From positions 1-59,195 of the forward strand of contig JAHLWZ010000512.1 in NCBI GenBank assembly GCA_020536535.1: DNA of 59,195 nucleotides, given 5' to 3'. The notes below the pieces were generated by a model that saw only the letters and a list, made by a program, of their open reading frames with translations, was not told the origin of the DNA and searched no databases. This DNA comes from Pelomyxa schiedti (Eukaryota; Protista; Evosea). The first letter of the stretch is position 1, and each line of letters opens with the position of its first letter. The position numbers and the translations under genes are program-made. Positions 10,300 to 22,842 of the stretch are shown in pieces.

Positions 10300-12379
10300 A
10301 TGGAGACTGATCTGTGGCAGTCAAAAAAAAATCGACAATCTTTGGTGCTGAGGTTCATCTGTGGGTCAGTGGGCTCCGGTCCCAATTACGACTCTTGTTG
10401 TGGGAGCGAGGGTCGATACTGGGAATGGAGTGCCCTCTACCCAAGTTTGTCACTACTTGGAATCAGATGCTCGAGAGCAGAAGATTTTTCCCACAAGCTA
10501 AAATCCCTCGCCTTACTTGTGGGATTCCTTTGTCGGACCCCAGTCACCACAACCACGAAAGTCCCTTGTGCGATGCGGAAACCAGGCTGCGTAGAGGTGC
10601 CATCAGAAGTTGACGGGGCGACGGACACGATAGTGCCAGCCGAGTTTGGGGGTCGCTGCAAGGACATATTCGACAACTCGCTCCCTCACCTGGTCGTTGG
10701 GGTGCAGCAGACGCGGCGGGGGGGCTTCCCGTGTGGGCCGTACAACGGCGAGGGCGAGGGAGGGAAGGAGAGGGAAGAAGGCACGGGAATGGCTTCGGCA
10801 TGCGGGGGAGATCCACCAGCCAATGTGAGCGTCACGGTGACTGGGACGGATTTGGCTGGCGTGCTGTGGCAAAAGTACCGCGAGGCCCCCGCCACTGTGC
10901 GCGCCATTATGGGATCCGTGGGGGGCGTGTACTCGCTGGTGCCGCCACACCCGCCCCGCCAAACACATCGCCGTTATTGCGACGGCGACAACAATAATGG
11001 GAACAACGGGAGTTCGGCTGGAACCACGACGACAACTTCAAAGAGAAGGCATGGTAGCAAATGCAATGAAGAAGAAGAAGATACAGTAATTGTTGTGGAG
11101 CGGCCAGAACCTTCCGGGAGTGGACCATGCGATGGTGAGGCTGCTGGCGGCGATGGCTGTGTGGTTCCGGGCACAACTGGAATAACACGGGAGGGCTTTG
11201 CTCTTGTGTGCTACTTGCTGGCTTCTGAAAAACCGAACGTCAAATTCGGAGCACCTGAGAAGTGCACAGTACGACAGTTCGTAGGCAGGCAAGCTTGTTC
11301 TACATATGTTTCTTTTTTTCGATGGGCTTACTTCTACGCAGTGGGTTTGCAATGGCATCAAGACTATCCGAAATTACATGCGGACTCGATACGCATATAA
11401 ATCGACTTATGATTGCGAACATTATCCTCGGGGTGAAGCAATCTCCTTGTATCCCACAAAACTTACTAATGTCGAGGTAATCTCTGTTATCCCGTTTGCC
11501 GGACTAGCATCGATTTTAACTGCTGTGGTTGCTTGTTTCATTCACAAACTGAACCTCCGTTATCCTTTCATTGTACACAATCACTTTATTGAAAGTATTG
11601 CTTTCCTTTCTTCCTGATGCACTAATTTCCACAAAACAAAATTTAGGAATGGTTCCAGTCTTAGCGTTTTCTGCAGTTCCCTTTTCACTGGCGGGATTCT
11701 GTTGTAATTTGTTTTTTGAACTAACAAAATTCTGTGGGGAGGCTCCTCTTTGGTGCTGGACCGCTTTATACCCTTCCTGGACCATCCTACAGCTCCTGTA
11801 TCTATGCACTTCAGTGTACTTACTCTCTTCCATGAAGAGTACAGTTGAGGCGCTGTATAAACATAAAGGGGAAGCCGTGATATCAATTCCACCAGTATGA
11901 ATAAATACACAGCGAAACTTAAATTCTAATTTTGACTGATTAGGTATCCGGCACACGCCGAGTGCACCGAATCTTCTACAAGCAATTACTTTGTACATGT
12001 TCCGCCGAGTTTATTTGCCTTATATTCTTCGCCGGGATTCTTTTCATCAAATTCTATTGGATTCCAGATGAGAAGTCACTGCCGGCCGGCTTGGCTCTTT
12101 TTTCGCTCTCTGTTCCCCTTGGAACTGCCGTGATAGGCTCATTTTCTTCAATGCTTCTAAGTGGGCAACAAACACTCTCAGTGAAGTCATCATGCGTCGC
12201 TGGTATACTTTCATCACTGGTTATTGAGACCCTATCCATCTACTTTGCTGTTACTTTTTGTTTATCTCCATAAACAAATGACGCCTCAATTACTGTTTGT
12301 TTTCTCAGTGAAACTGAGAACTTTCGTTGTTCTTCTAATTTTGATTTCTGTTTGTTTGTGGACCAAATTTTTCACGTGA
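10300..12379 (+). CDS. Hypothetical multi-pass membrane protein (soluble N-terminal region, hydrophobic C-terminal exons)
   Basis: Long ORF 10300-11400 followed by hydrophobic ORFs linkable by short GT-AG introns; predicted last exon LKLRTFVVLLILISVCLWTKFFT-TGA. Exon structure is uncertain. Confidence 0.5.
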
Positions 12380-15300
12380 TGGCGGCCGCGAAACGGCTGG
12401 AGCGATACCTGAGACTTCAAAATGGACCAATCTGGGATCTACATCGTATCCATTCCCCATAATCGAGTGCTCTTGTTGGCCGTGTTGCGTTCATTTTATT
12501 TTTTTTTCCTTCCCTTCGTGACAGTGATGGATCGGTGGCTGTAGATTGTGGGATACATCCCGAGGAAGCGAAAGTTTTGGCCAGGCACATTAAATCAAGT
12601 TCGACAGTTTCACGGCTTTGTCTTCGTCGTATTTTCCTATTGCTCCTACTTGTTAGATAAAATCAAGGAACTTGTTAATGTGATGCAGACAATGACTTGG
12701 GGTATGAAGGATTTGAGATTATTATGGATGCCTTGGCTGTAAATAAATCGTTGTATCATTTGGATTTGTCCTGTGTGTGACACAAAAAAAAATAGCCTAA
12801 AGTAACCCCAAGTAGATACTTTTCTTGGGAATAGGGAATTGAGTTTGATTTTTCAAAAATTGAGAAGCACTTCCCTGGGCTCCCTTGATTTAAGCAGTAC
12901 TTAACTCCTCTTAGAGGAGCATTAACTAAGCAAACTTACTAGATAATTTGATTGATGACAAGGGAGTTGGTTCAATTTGTGAAACACTTACAACAAATCC
13001 AACACTGTTTCATCTCGACTTGACATGTGAGCCTCTTCTGCTTCTTTTTGTCATTTAATTTCTCCAGGTAACATAATTACACTTTCTGGAGCAAGGCAGC
13101 TAGCAGACGCCCTCAAATCAAATACGGTGCTTGTTGACTTGAAACTTAGAAGTAATTTCCTTCAAAGACTCCATGGGCCCAACAATTCAACTTACTGGTA
13201 GATAATAACATTGGAGTTGAAGGGGAACAACTCATTGAAAACGCCATTCATCATAACCAGGCAGTATACAACAAAGTTCTGTCGCATTATTTTATCCGCA
13301 ATGAATGCCAAGGGGAGTGTAGAATGTACTTTGCCAGTGCTGTTTGGGATTGTGTGCTGGAGCCAGGTGCCCAGAGTCACTTCCCTTGTGTGATTGATGC
13401 TCTACAGCGGCACTCTCTTCATTGGCATTTCAGTTGCATTGATGAATTAGTCTATTCCGGGCTCCCATCACCTACAGTGCCTCCTCAAGCACCAAGTCTT
13501 AGTACCACAGTGAATACCGGGAAACTTCTTCTCAGAACTGACAGTGGAAATGCCAGTGGAGCCTTCTTGAAGTCTACAAGTATGATTATGCGCCGCAAAA
13601 CTCCTGAAACTTTACGGACACCATCCCCTACTCCTCCATCCTCTCCACGGCCACGTACCCCCGCAATGCACTCGCCTTGGCCTCCACCCCTATTTGACAC
13701 ACCCTCTACAATACAGCACCTGCTGACAAACGCGTCTCAGACAGCGGCTATTATACTCCTTCAGTGCGTTGGAGTTTTATATGTTCGTTCAATGCAGCCG
13801 TGGGAAGCCAATGATTTAGTACTCTCAATAATGAACAGTTCCGCTGCTCCTACTGAGAGTGGTATCAGGGGACCGTTAGATGCTCTTGTACTTATCAAGT
13901 TATTACTCCGTGAATGGGTGCGTGCTAGTAATTGGGTTGTTCTCAAAACAGTGCTGCAAGCTCTCTCCCAGGTTATTACCCACTTGGATCTCTCATACCT
14001 CCATTTATCTGATACCTACATACCCTCCGATGTGTGGGAAGCACTGGTGTGTACAAGTGCACTTCAAATCTTGGATCTGAAGGGGAATGAGTTCACCACA
14101 CTACCTCCCTCACTTCAAACCATCTCAAATGTGGAATTTGCTGACAATCCTCTTGTCATTTTCAAGCCGAACTTTGGTGTTCCGGTTGAAGCCGCTTCCG
14201 CACAGCATTCTGCAAGCAATAAAGAAGCGCCGACTGAACGCAAGTTGGACTGGCCAACTTTGAGAGAATACCTTCGGCAAGGTTGGTCTGCTGGTGTGAA
14301 TCTGGTACAGTGGTTAAGAAGGAGGGTTGTAGTTGTTGGAGATACCGGAGTTGGGAAGACAACTCTTCTGAAGTGCTTGAAGAAGAAAAAGGTGTGTTCC
14401 ATCTTATTTTTTGGTGCCTCATTTGACATATTCTCAGACCAAAGTCAAAGTGGACAAAAAGGTTAAAAAAGAAAAAACTCCAAAATCCCCTGGGAGCACC
14501 CTATTCTTGGATGCTTCCAGCAAATCTTTCAAAATGCGGAAAAAAACTAAGCTGAAATGGGACTCGTGGATTCTAAGTGTGGCTTTTTTCTTCTTATTCA
14601 AGTCTTCACCTTCCCCCAGAAGGAGATGAAACGAATGCGACATCACTCCAGTTCTTCCTGGGGTCCCGCTGTGCTTTATGGTTAGTTGTTTGGGATGCCG
14701 GACTCGTATGGCAGCAACGCTCCAAGATATCTGCAGTTACTCTTGATGCAATGACCACACCAAAACAATCAGCCCCTGTGAATATGGCGGATATTCCCGC
14801 TGTACAGAGAGTTGTTTATTGGGTCAAGCAGATCGTTTCAACACGTAAGAGTATCGATTCTTGTACAAGTGAAAAGACTATTACTGGCACTACCGTTTAC
14901 TGTGACGGTGGTTGCTTATGCGATTCTAGTTCCTTTCTTGGTGGAAGAGGGGAGAGAATACTTCTTATTGGGACACACACAGATCAAATTTCCCCATCCG
15001 AAGCTAAAACTGTTCTGCAAGAAGTGATGGAAGAAGTGGCTTTCCATATTAACATTTTATCCAAGGAATCTACTCAAAATAAGCCTACCCAGCAACAAAT
15101 TTCGTCAGCAGCTTTGACGCACACCCCTCCTTCGATTGGAGAAGCAATCGCTTCAATGGCCACAACACCAAAACCCAAAACAAAAAACTCAGCCTCTCAG
15201 TACCTTTTTCCTCGTGCTTTCACTATCAGCTGCAAAACTGGTGAAGGCTTTTCATACGGCCTCAGTGAGAGTCACCCTCAGTTGGAAAAGAAAGTTGTTA

Positions 15301-18300
15301 AAAGCATCGTTCACCTAATCGATGACCACTGCAGTATAGGAAGTATTACTGGTGTCGGTGGAGTGTGGATACCAGAAAGTTGGGTTAAACTTCATGAATA
15401 CATTGCAAACGTTCAGCAGAAGATATCTCCAACTGGGGATGACCTATCTGTAACATGGGACAGATTCAACTCATTATGTACCGATTTTAGTGTTGGTGTT
15501 GAATCTGTTGCACACGACGCCACTGTTACCCCCCCTACAAAGAATAGACTTTTGCATACCAACCTGCTCACAAGGACGCAATCAATTGCCACATTGGGGA
15601 AGACTTCCACCAGACCAATAGCGCAATCAACACAACAGCAACAAGTTGCATCAGAGAGGGCAGTTTACATGTGTGCAGATTTCCTGTCATACACTGGGGA
15701 TATATTGTTCTTCAGGAATGCGCCTACAACTAGTAGTAATTCTTGTACTTCAATGACTCTCCCAATCGAAAACGTTGTAATTCTAAATCCCATGTGGTTA
15801 ATGAAAATGCTAAGGTGCATTGTGTCAGCACCACATACGCCTTCCAGTAGTCATACTTGTGTTGCTGTGGGCGCAGTTGGAGTGCCTAATGCAGTGGACT
15901 TCTTCGCAATGTGTGGACAGCTTCCATCGCTAGAATACAAACGCATGCTGCACACTTTAGCCAACCTTGGGGTGATGTATGTCAAAGAACAAAAGCCAAG
16001 CCGAAATGGAGAAATGACTTCCGTTTATAACTCCGTATTCATTCCGCAAGACATGCAACCCCACCCAACAGTGACCGGCCTGGCTGGGAGTCTGCCCGAC
16101 TGGTGTGCATTCAGCCTTGTTGGTGGAGGGAGTTCTTCAGTGAATCGCCGTTCTTATACTATAGCTGCTCGGGTTTTTGAATTCAGCGCAATTCCACTTG
16201 GGCTACTGTCTAGACTGTTGACCCACATACTGAGTATGGAAAATATGGAGCTAACATCAGTCTGGAAGACAGGTGCTCTTGTATCTCACGTAACGGAATC
16301 ACAAGAACCCTCCAGCTCCCGTATTCCTTTTCTCTTAACTTTGAGTGAGCGAAGTAGCACCATTACACTTCAAATCTGCTTTCCTCAGTGCAAAATTATC
16401 ACCACTTCTGGTTCAGTAAGCACACTTTTTGCATGCCGAGGGTCAATTTTGTTCAACACTCTGATTCGCACCATCGCCCAGTGGGTTGATGTGTGCTACC
16501 CCAGTCTCAGCCTCACTCTTATGCAGCATTATCCTTGCCCGCATTGCATATATATTAACCATAGGGCTCACTGTAAAAGGTGTAATCCTTCAGCCGTTGC
16601 TGATTCACACACTCCCATTCCCGACACCACCACAGGGAAATGGTTCAAGCCCAACGAACTTTTCTCCGCAGTAGAGATTGACGGTACTGTACTGCAATGC
16701 GGATGGCAGCCCGACCCCGCCTTTATTCCCTTACATTCAGTTGCCCCAGATCTCGTACTTTCTCATATAACCTTCATTGACCCATCTGAAATTCACTTCG
16801 AGCGCCCAGCAACAGTGCAGTCATCTTTAACAGGCACCGCAAGCAAACCTACTGAGCCTTCTGGGAGTGTATCGCATGGCACGTGGAAAGGTAACTCTGT
16901 TGTTGTGAAAGAACTCTGTCTACCAACCCCAAGCCCGGAGATGGAAGAAGTTATGACACTAATGGACACCTCGGCCCCCCTGCATGACACTACAGAATTC
17001 TCTGTTAGTGAGTTTTTGCGCCAAGCAAGAGTCATGCAGGCTCTTCCACCCCACCCTAACATTGTGCGGGTACTTGGAGTCTGTTATAGGCACCCAAAAA
17101 CAAGAGTTGTCATGGAGTACTCACCCACCCCTTTCAAAGAAAAACAAAGGGTTCCAAATTCACATCCTCATCACCTTGCCCAATCGCCCAGTGCTAACAA
17201 TGCCAAAAAAATCCGGAAAGAACAACTTGCCAAGTTCTTCAGAGAAACTGGCGGGGTTTCCAAGTCAGACCTGGCAACACTCATCCAGCTCATCATGAAA
17301 TATTCTTCCTCGCCAACTACCTCCAGCATGTGGGACTGTTACGATTTACTGGAATTAGTTCTTCCTATGAGTTTAAGGAAGCACATTTTGCATGATGTTG
17401 CTAGTGCTATACACCACCTCCACTCCCAGTCTCCACCTTTTGTGCACACAAGTCTTCACCCAGGTATGTACTTTTCCCGTTTCTGCGAATTCTAATTCTC
17501 CTAGGGAATGTCTTTGTGTGCAGCCGTGAAGATGAAGTTCCTGGTCCCTGGGCTAAGGTGAGACATATCTTACAAGTTGGTTTATACTCACCTTTTTTCA
17601 AATTAGATTTCCGACTACGGGTTATCTCAATTCAGACAATCGAAGGATACCCATTCTCCCGCAGTTTCCGAACCCTCGTTGCTCTTACAACCGCAGGCGT
17701 ACAAATCTCCAGAAGTTTTTAAGGACACCCCACAAAATACCGAATCGAACATCTGGAATTTTGGTATGGAAAAGTTATGATCTAATCCAAACTGACTCAT
17801 ACTTCTAGGAATGATTGCGCGACTACTACTAGATCCCTTTACTCCCCCATTCTCTCTGTCCGACAGAAGGGATCGAGATTCCGCTGTTCAAGAAACCAGT
17901 GCAGAAAGTCCTGTTTCACTCGCCGACCTCAAATCTGCCCTCATTTCTGGGAATGCATATCTTGCACCACTGAGTGGTTTGGTTCTCAACATTCTTTTTT
18001 CTTCTAATGAGTGCAGAATGCCCTCAATGGGGACAACATCTCGTTGACTGGTGCTGTAATAAATACCCAGAGAAGCGTCCAAATTCAGCTCAACTATTGG
18101 ACTGGTTGGACTGCATGTGGGTTTCTTTCCACTTTATAACCACTCAACTTTCGCCAGACTGTTCCCGTTACCTCCACTTGCAATAACAATGGAAACTCCT
18201 TGTGTTGATGCCATTGCCCCAGGGAGCAACAACAGGATTTCTGCAATGGTTTGGGTTTCTCAGGAACTGTGGTGTGGCCTTGAGGATGGCTTCATTGCCG

Positions 18301-20150
18301 TTTATGCCCATCATCAACCGCATCATAGAGTGGACTCCCACGAGACCCAACTACTACAAAAATGGCAGGCACACAGTTGTGCAGTGTCTTGTCTTCTTTG
18401 GCTTCCTTGGGAAGCTAATGAAGGGGACCTATCTTCGGAAGAGACAAGCATTTCCCCTGGTGGTTTTGTACTCTCTGTCTCAGTTGATGGTGAGATGAAA
18501 GTATGGGACCATCTACTTGGAAACGTAAGTGATCCTTCAGCCCCTTCTTCCGTGCCTCCTCTTGACATCAAGCAACACACATTTACCAAAGAGGCCCAAG
18601 TTACATGTCTGACAGCACTCCAAGGGGGAAGGAGCTTATGGAGTGGTGACTCCCTTGGTGGAGTATGTGTTTGGAATATAACAGTTTGCGCCCTCTCGCT
18701 CCAAGACAATTTCAACGCAGTCGCGGCTCTGCAGGAGCACCTGCGATCCAATCCATCCCCTACTTCAAGTCAAATTCCAACTGGAATCACCGCAATGACA
18801 TCCCTGCGTGTCACAGAACCTCACACCCAACTAACTTCCTGCCAGTGTGTTAGTGACTGTGTTCTTATCTGCTTCAATGCCGGGCCTCTTGCCGTTTTCC
18901 GTGCCGCTTCACATGAAATCTTACAGCTACTACATCCGCCTTCATTTACTACTCACCCTCTATCGCCGTGGCAAGAAAGCCCAGATGCACAACGGAATCC
19001 CGTAATGCTCTCAGTAACAGCAACAGCCTTGCCTGTGTCAAGCGTTCCAACCCACCATAAAACAAAGCGGCACTCCAGAAGCACCGTAACAGCAAATCCG
19101 CAGGCGTCTGTCTGGGTAGGAATGAGCGGCGGAGTTGTTGTGTGCTGGGATGTGCACTTTGACTGCGGCGCTGATTGCGAAAGCCGGGACGATGTCGTGC
19201 CTCTGTTCCTGCCGCAGGACCGGTTCATGATACAGACCGCAAACAACGGCAACATCACCTCAGTAATATCTTGCTGCACCGGCAGCACCGAAGTGGACCT
19301 ATCCCCCGCCACACTCCCCGCGCATCCCACCACGTCCTCGCAGTCCCCTTGCCTCGGCGCGTCGCCCTCCCCGCCTCTTCCGCCGCCACCCAACCCGCCA
19401 TCTCCATCGCCTTCGCCGCCGCCGCCGCCACCGCCGCTATTGCCCACAGCAAGCCACCTTTCAGAGGCCGTGGTCCCCGGCGACGAGGACGCGGGGTCGA
19501 GCCCGCCTCACCACCACTCGTCGTCGTCCAAGGCGAAGAGGAGGCAGACAAAGACCCTCAAGCCGCGATCCAACTCGACGCACGCGTCCAACTCCTCGCA
19601 CTCGTCCCACTCGCACCGCTCGAGGTCGTCCTCGCCGCACTCGCGCCACTCGTCGCACGCGGCGCACCGGCCCGGCAGCAACAAGCAAAAGGCGAACCCG
19701 CACAGGCACCACCACATCGTAGTCACTGCTTCCAGAGACGGGTTCCTGACCCTCTGGGATGCGCTCTCACACACCCACCTCTGCATCACCCACATAACCC
19801 CCCCGGAATTCCACTCCAAAACAGGAACCACACCCACGGCACAGTCATTGTCGTCGGCAGTAGTGTCATCACAAACAACAACAACAACAACAACAACGAC
19901 AACACAAACACCGGCATCGCGTCACGCGTCCTCCTCGTCGTCGTCGTCATCAACCGGCAATTTTGGGGACCACCATTCAACGGCGGCAACGAACTCAGCA
20001 TCATCAACAGTGTCACCACACCCGGGAACCTCCCATAATGATGAGTGCATCGTAGTGAGTGCTAGGCCTGCAGCTGCGGGTGATGTTTGTGGAACTCGGT
20101 GCCTCGTGGCTGCCTCTTATCGTGGCTCCTTAAAGTTTTGGTGTCTCTAA
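12379..20150 (+). CDS. Roco-family protein (LRR - Roc GTPase - COR - kinase-like - WD40)
   Basis: RNI-type LRR exons separated by phase-1 introns; P-loop VVVVGDTGVGKTT; LLIGTHTD; ISCKTG; COR motifs IPESW, VILNPMWL, IPLGLLSRLL, CPHC, VAPDL; kinase VVVKE, HPNIV, HTSLHPGN, ISDYG, SPE; WD40-like C-terminus (WQAH..VSCL, VTASRDGFLTLWD). Confidence 0.88.
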
Positions 20151-20225
20151 TGGCCATGATTCTAACGTTCTTTTTGTAAAAAAGAAATCCCTTTTGAATT
20201 ATGGCTTATGGCTTTTCCTATTAAA

Positions 20226-22712
20226 TTAAACCTTTGAATTTGAAGTGGAGGTGCTAAGTGTTGATGATGAAGGTGGTTTCCTTGGTGTTGATGCTACCGC
20301 TCTGTCATACTGGTCCAGCCAGTCATCGGTGTTTGGAATCAACCGGCCTTGCTTACTAGTGCGATGTTAGTTATTATTTGACAAGGTAAGCACATACCTC
20401 AATTTGAGCTTCAATTGGCCCTGGTTCTGATTACCGGCTGCGGCTGCTGATTGGCTCTGTTGTTGAAGGAGGTGTGGCATTTGTGCGGAAGCCTGAGCCG
20501 GGCCGGAAGCGGATGTGTTCTCACCGGACTTGGGTTTCTCTTGTGAAGCCGGAAGGATGCGGGCTGCGGGTTTGCTCACCGGGTCTTCATCATTGTCGAT
20601 TATGATGACTTCTGAGGCTTTGGGTGGGGGAGTGTTGAGTGCTCGTGCCTTTTTACTCAGGGATGCTGCCGCTGATGCTGCTGTTGCCTCGTCTTTGGCA
20701 GGTCTTTTTTGCGGGAGGATCCGCTGTGTGGTGGGCTTCGGTTTCAAGTTGGAACTTGCTGTAGGGCCGGTTTTATTTTGGACTGAGCTGGATGACGTGG
20801 AGTTGTTGGTAACTCGTGCAGTGTGAGGTGGGTGAACTTGCTTGGCAGAGCTCTGAAGTTGTTGTTCGTTGTTCTTTCTTTGTAAATCATGGTTTCTGGC
20901 TATGGCATGCAATGAAGGCGACTCTTGGGTTTCTTCATTTCCTGTCTCCCTGTGTTCACTTTGGGATGGTAGAGAAAAATCCATCGGCTGTGCTCCCATA
21001 CATGTGTCTGAGTCAGTGGATGATAACAGCGCGGTTTCGCTACTTGGAGGAGTTGGTACGGGCTGAGATGATGCATCTTGGGTGGGTGGTAAGTCCGAAA
21101 GCTTCTGCTTATAACTCTCACTGTGAGGAGCGCCAAGGGGGAGGGCTTTTGTATTACGTTGTGTGGAATAGACTGTTTCCGGTTTTGGTTTGGTTGGGGA
21201 GGGGCAAGCAGAACTGGGTTTATGCCTAGATACTGGGGCTTGGGTCAGAAACTCACTTATTTGTGGGCAAAAAAGAAGTTAGTGATAAGGTTACATAAAG
21301 GCTGGCATACTCATCGTTATCATCATCCTCAGATTGTGACCTGGGAGAGTCATTTGATGAAGACGCACTAGCATATTTTTTCCCGTTGACGATCATTGGG
21401 TTTATGGCACTCACATTTTTTTCAGGTTTTTCGATTTTCACAGGTGGAACAGAAGGAATAAAGGCTGTTTTTCTGTGGCTTATGTTATGAAAATACATAA
21501 TTAAACGTGAGTACTGAGGATCTGGATCAAAGTGCAATTGGGTCACAGTGTCATAAGGAGGGTAGGCTCCCTTTAGAAACTTGTCAGTAATAAGAAATTC
21601 GGATGAACACTAACGGCATCTTGGGAAGTGGGAGGATTTAAATCCATCTGGTCCAGCAATGCGGAGGCACTCAAGGTACTGCTGGGAACCGCATCAATGA
21701 TGGTACCTGCATCTGGAATACGTCCAACATCACTGCTATCAAATTTCACTGAACCGGCAGTATTAATTGCTACTGGAAGGAACTATTGTGAGGAACTAAC
21801 ATTGAGCTTTAATCTGTTCCAAGAGTGTGACTTGATGAGGAGGAATGAAACAATTTCGTGAATAAACGCCACTGTCATTTGGAGCTGCCTAAAACTGGAG
21901 GAAGTATGCGGCAAAAAGAAGTGGCAACGAACCTCTCCATTGAAGCAAGCAAGCATTTTCTTGATCAGGGAGTGCTTGTTAATAGGACAATACTCATATA
22001 GTGACTGGCAATTGATTGATTTTTGTGTCATCCTTTTATTTTAAGTTGCTGCGTGCTTCAGGAAGTGTAAGTATTTGATGGTAATACCTCGAAATTACCA
22101 GTACAAAACCGGAAGGTTCCAGTCGGATAGAAAACTCGTCAAGGTGAAAAACGCTTCCAGTGTGCCCCCAGATAGGTCTTGAAAAAAAAAAACAAAAAAA
22201 AGATACTGAGAAAAAAACAAAATTGTGACATAACTTGTGATAAGGACTACACACATGGGAGAATCCTTCCCATCATCGTCAGACCCAGCAGTGTCAATGC
22301 AACTCGGAGTATTGATGCAGTATTCCGAGAAACGAGCGGGAATGCTGTGCTTGCCGTCCATTACTTCACCCATAATCCACTCCCCGCCTCCCTCCGCAAC
22401 CTTGGTCACTTGCACGTTCGCGTCGAATCCGGAGGCATCGATCTCACTGCCAACAACAACGCTCTTTTTTGGTGACGACGACGTTCCCACAATGCCGCTT
22501 GTGCGAACAGGCGGCAGCGCGGCTGATTTGTGCAAAACGTCGGCGACATCGTTCCTGCTTTTGCTTGCGACGCTGCTGGTAGTAGTCGTACTTGTTGCCG
22601 AGGTTGTCGCCGGCTGATTGTCGCTATCTACAGCCACTATTATGGGCACGTTTCCTGTGGCACCGCCGGACGCGATGCACTTCAGCAACCAGTGCGCACG
22701 CAACAGATTCAT
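20226..22712 (-). CDS. TPP1/Est3-like OB-fold protein with long disordered C-terminus
   Basis: Spliced N-terminus LRAHWLLKCI..VQVTKV..GEVMDGKHSIPARFSEYCI..WGHTGSVFHLDEFSIRLEPSGFVLVISRY parallels recalled TPP1 OB motifs (LRPWIRELI, QLLEV, VSDGTHSVRCLV, GTEGRLLLL, EFYLQVDRF). Visual match only. Confidence 0.55.
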
Positions 22713-22842
22713 TGCGATTTTTTCTCCTTCTGATGAAGCCTGGGACAGGGCAGTGGTTTTTCCTCCTCCCAACAAGCTCCTCCCCTCCAGCAAAGACTTC
22801 GTTCGGAACGTAAAGAAAAAAGCAAGGCCCGTTTAGAAATCG

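Noticed and set aside
398-20150. PINK1-like, Rab and LRRK2-like genes together as a functional pathway cluster
   Set aside because: The PINK1-like gene is on a separate gap-bounded contig, and these are large families, so adjacency is uninformative.
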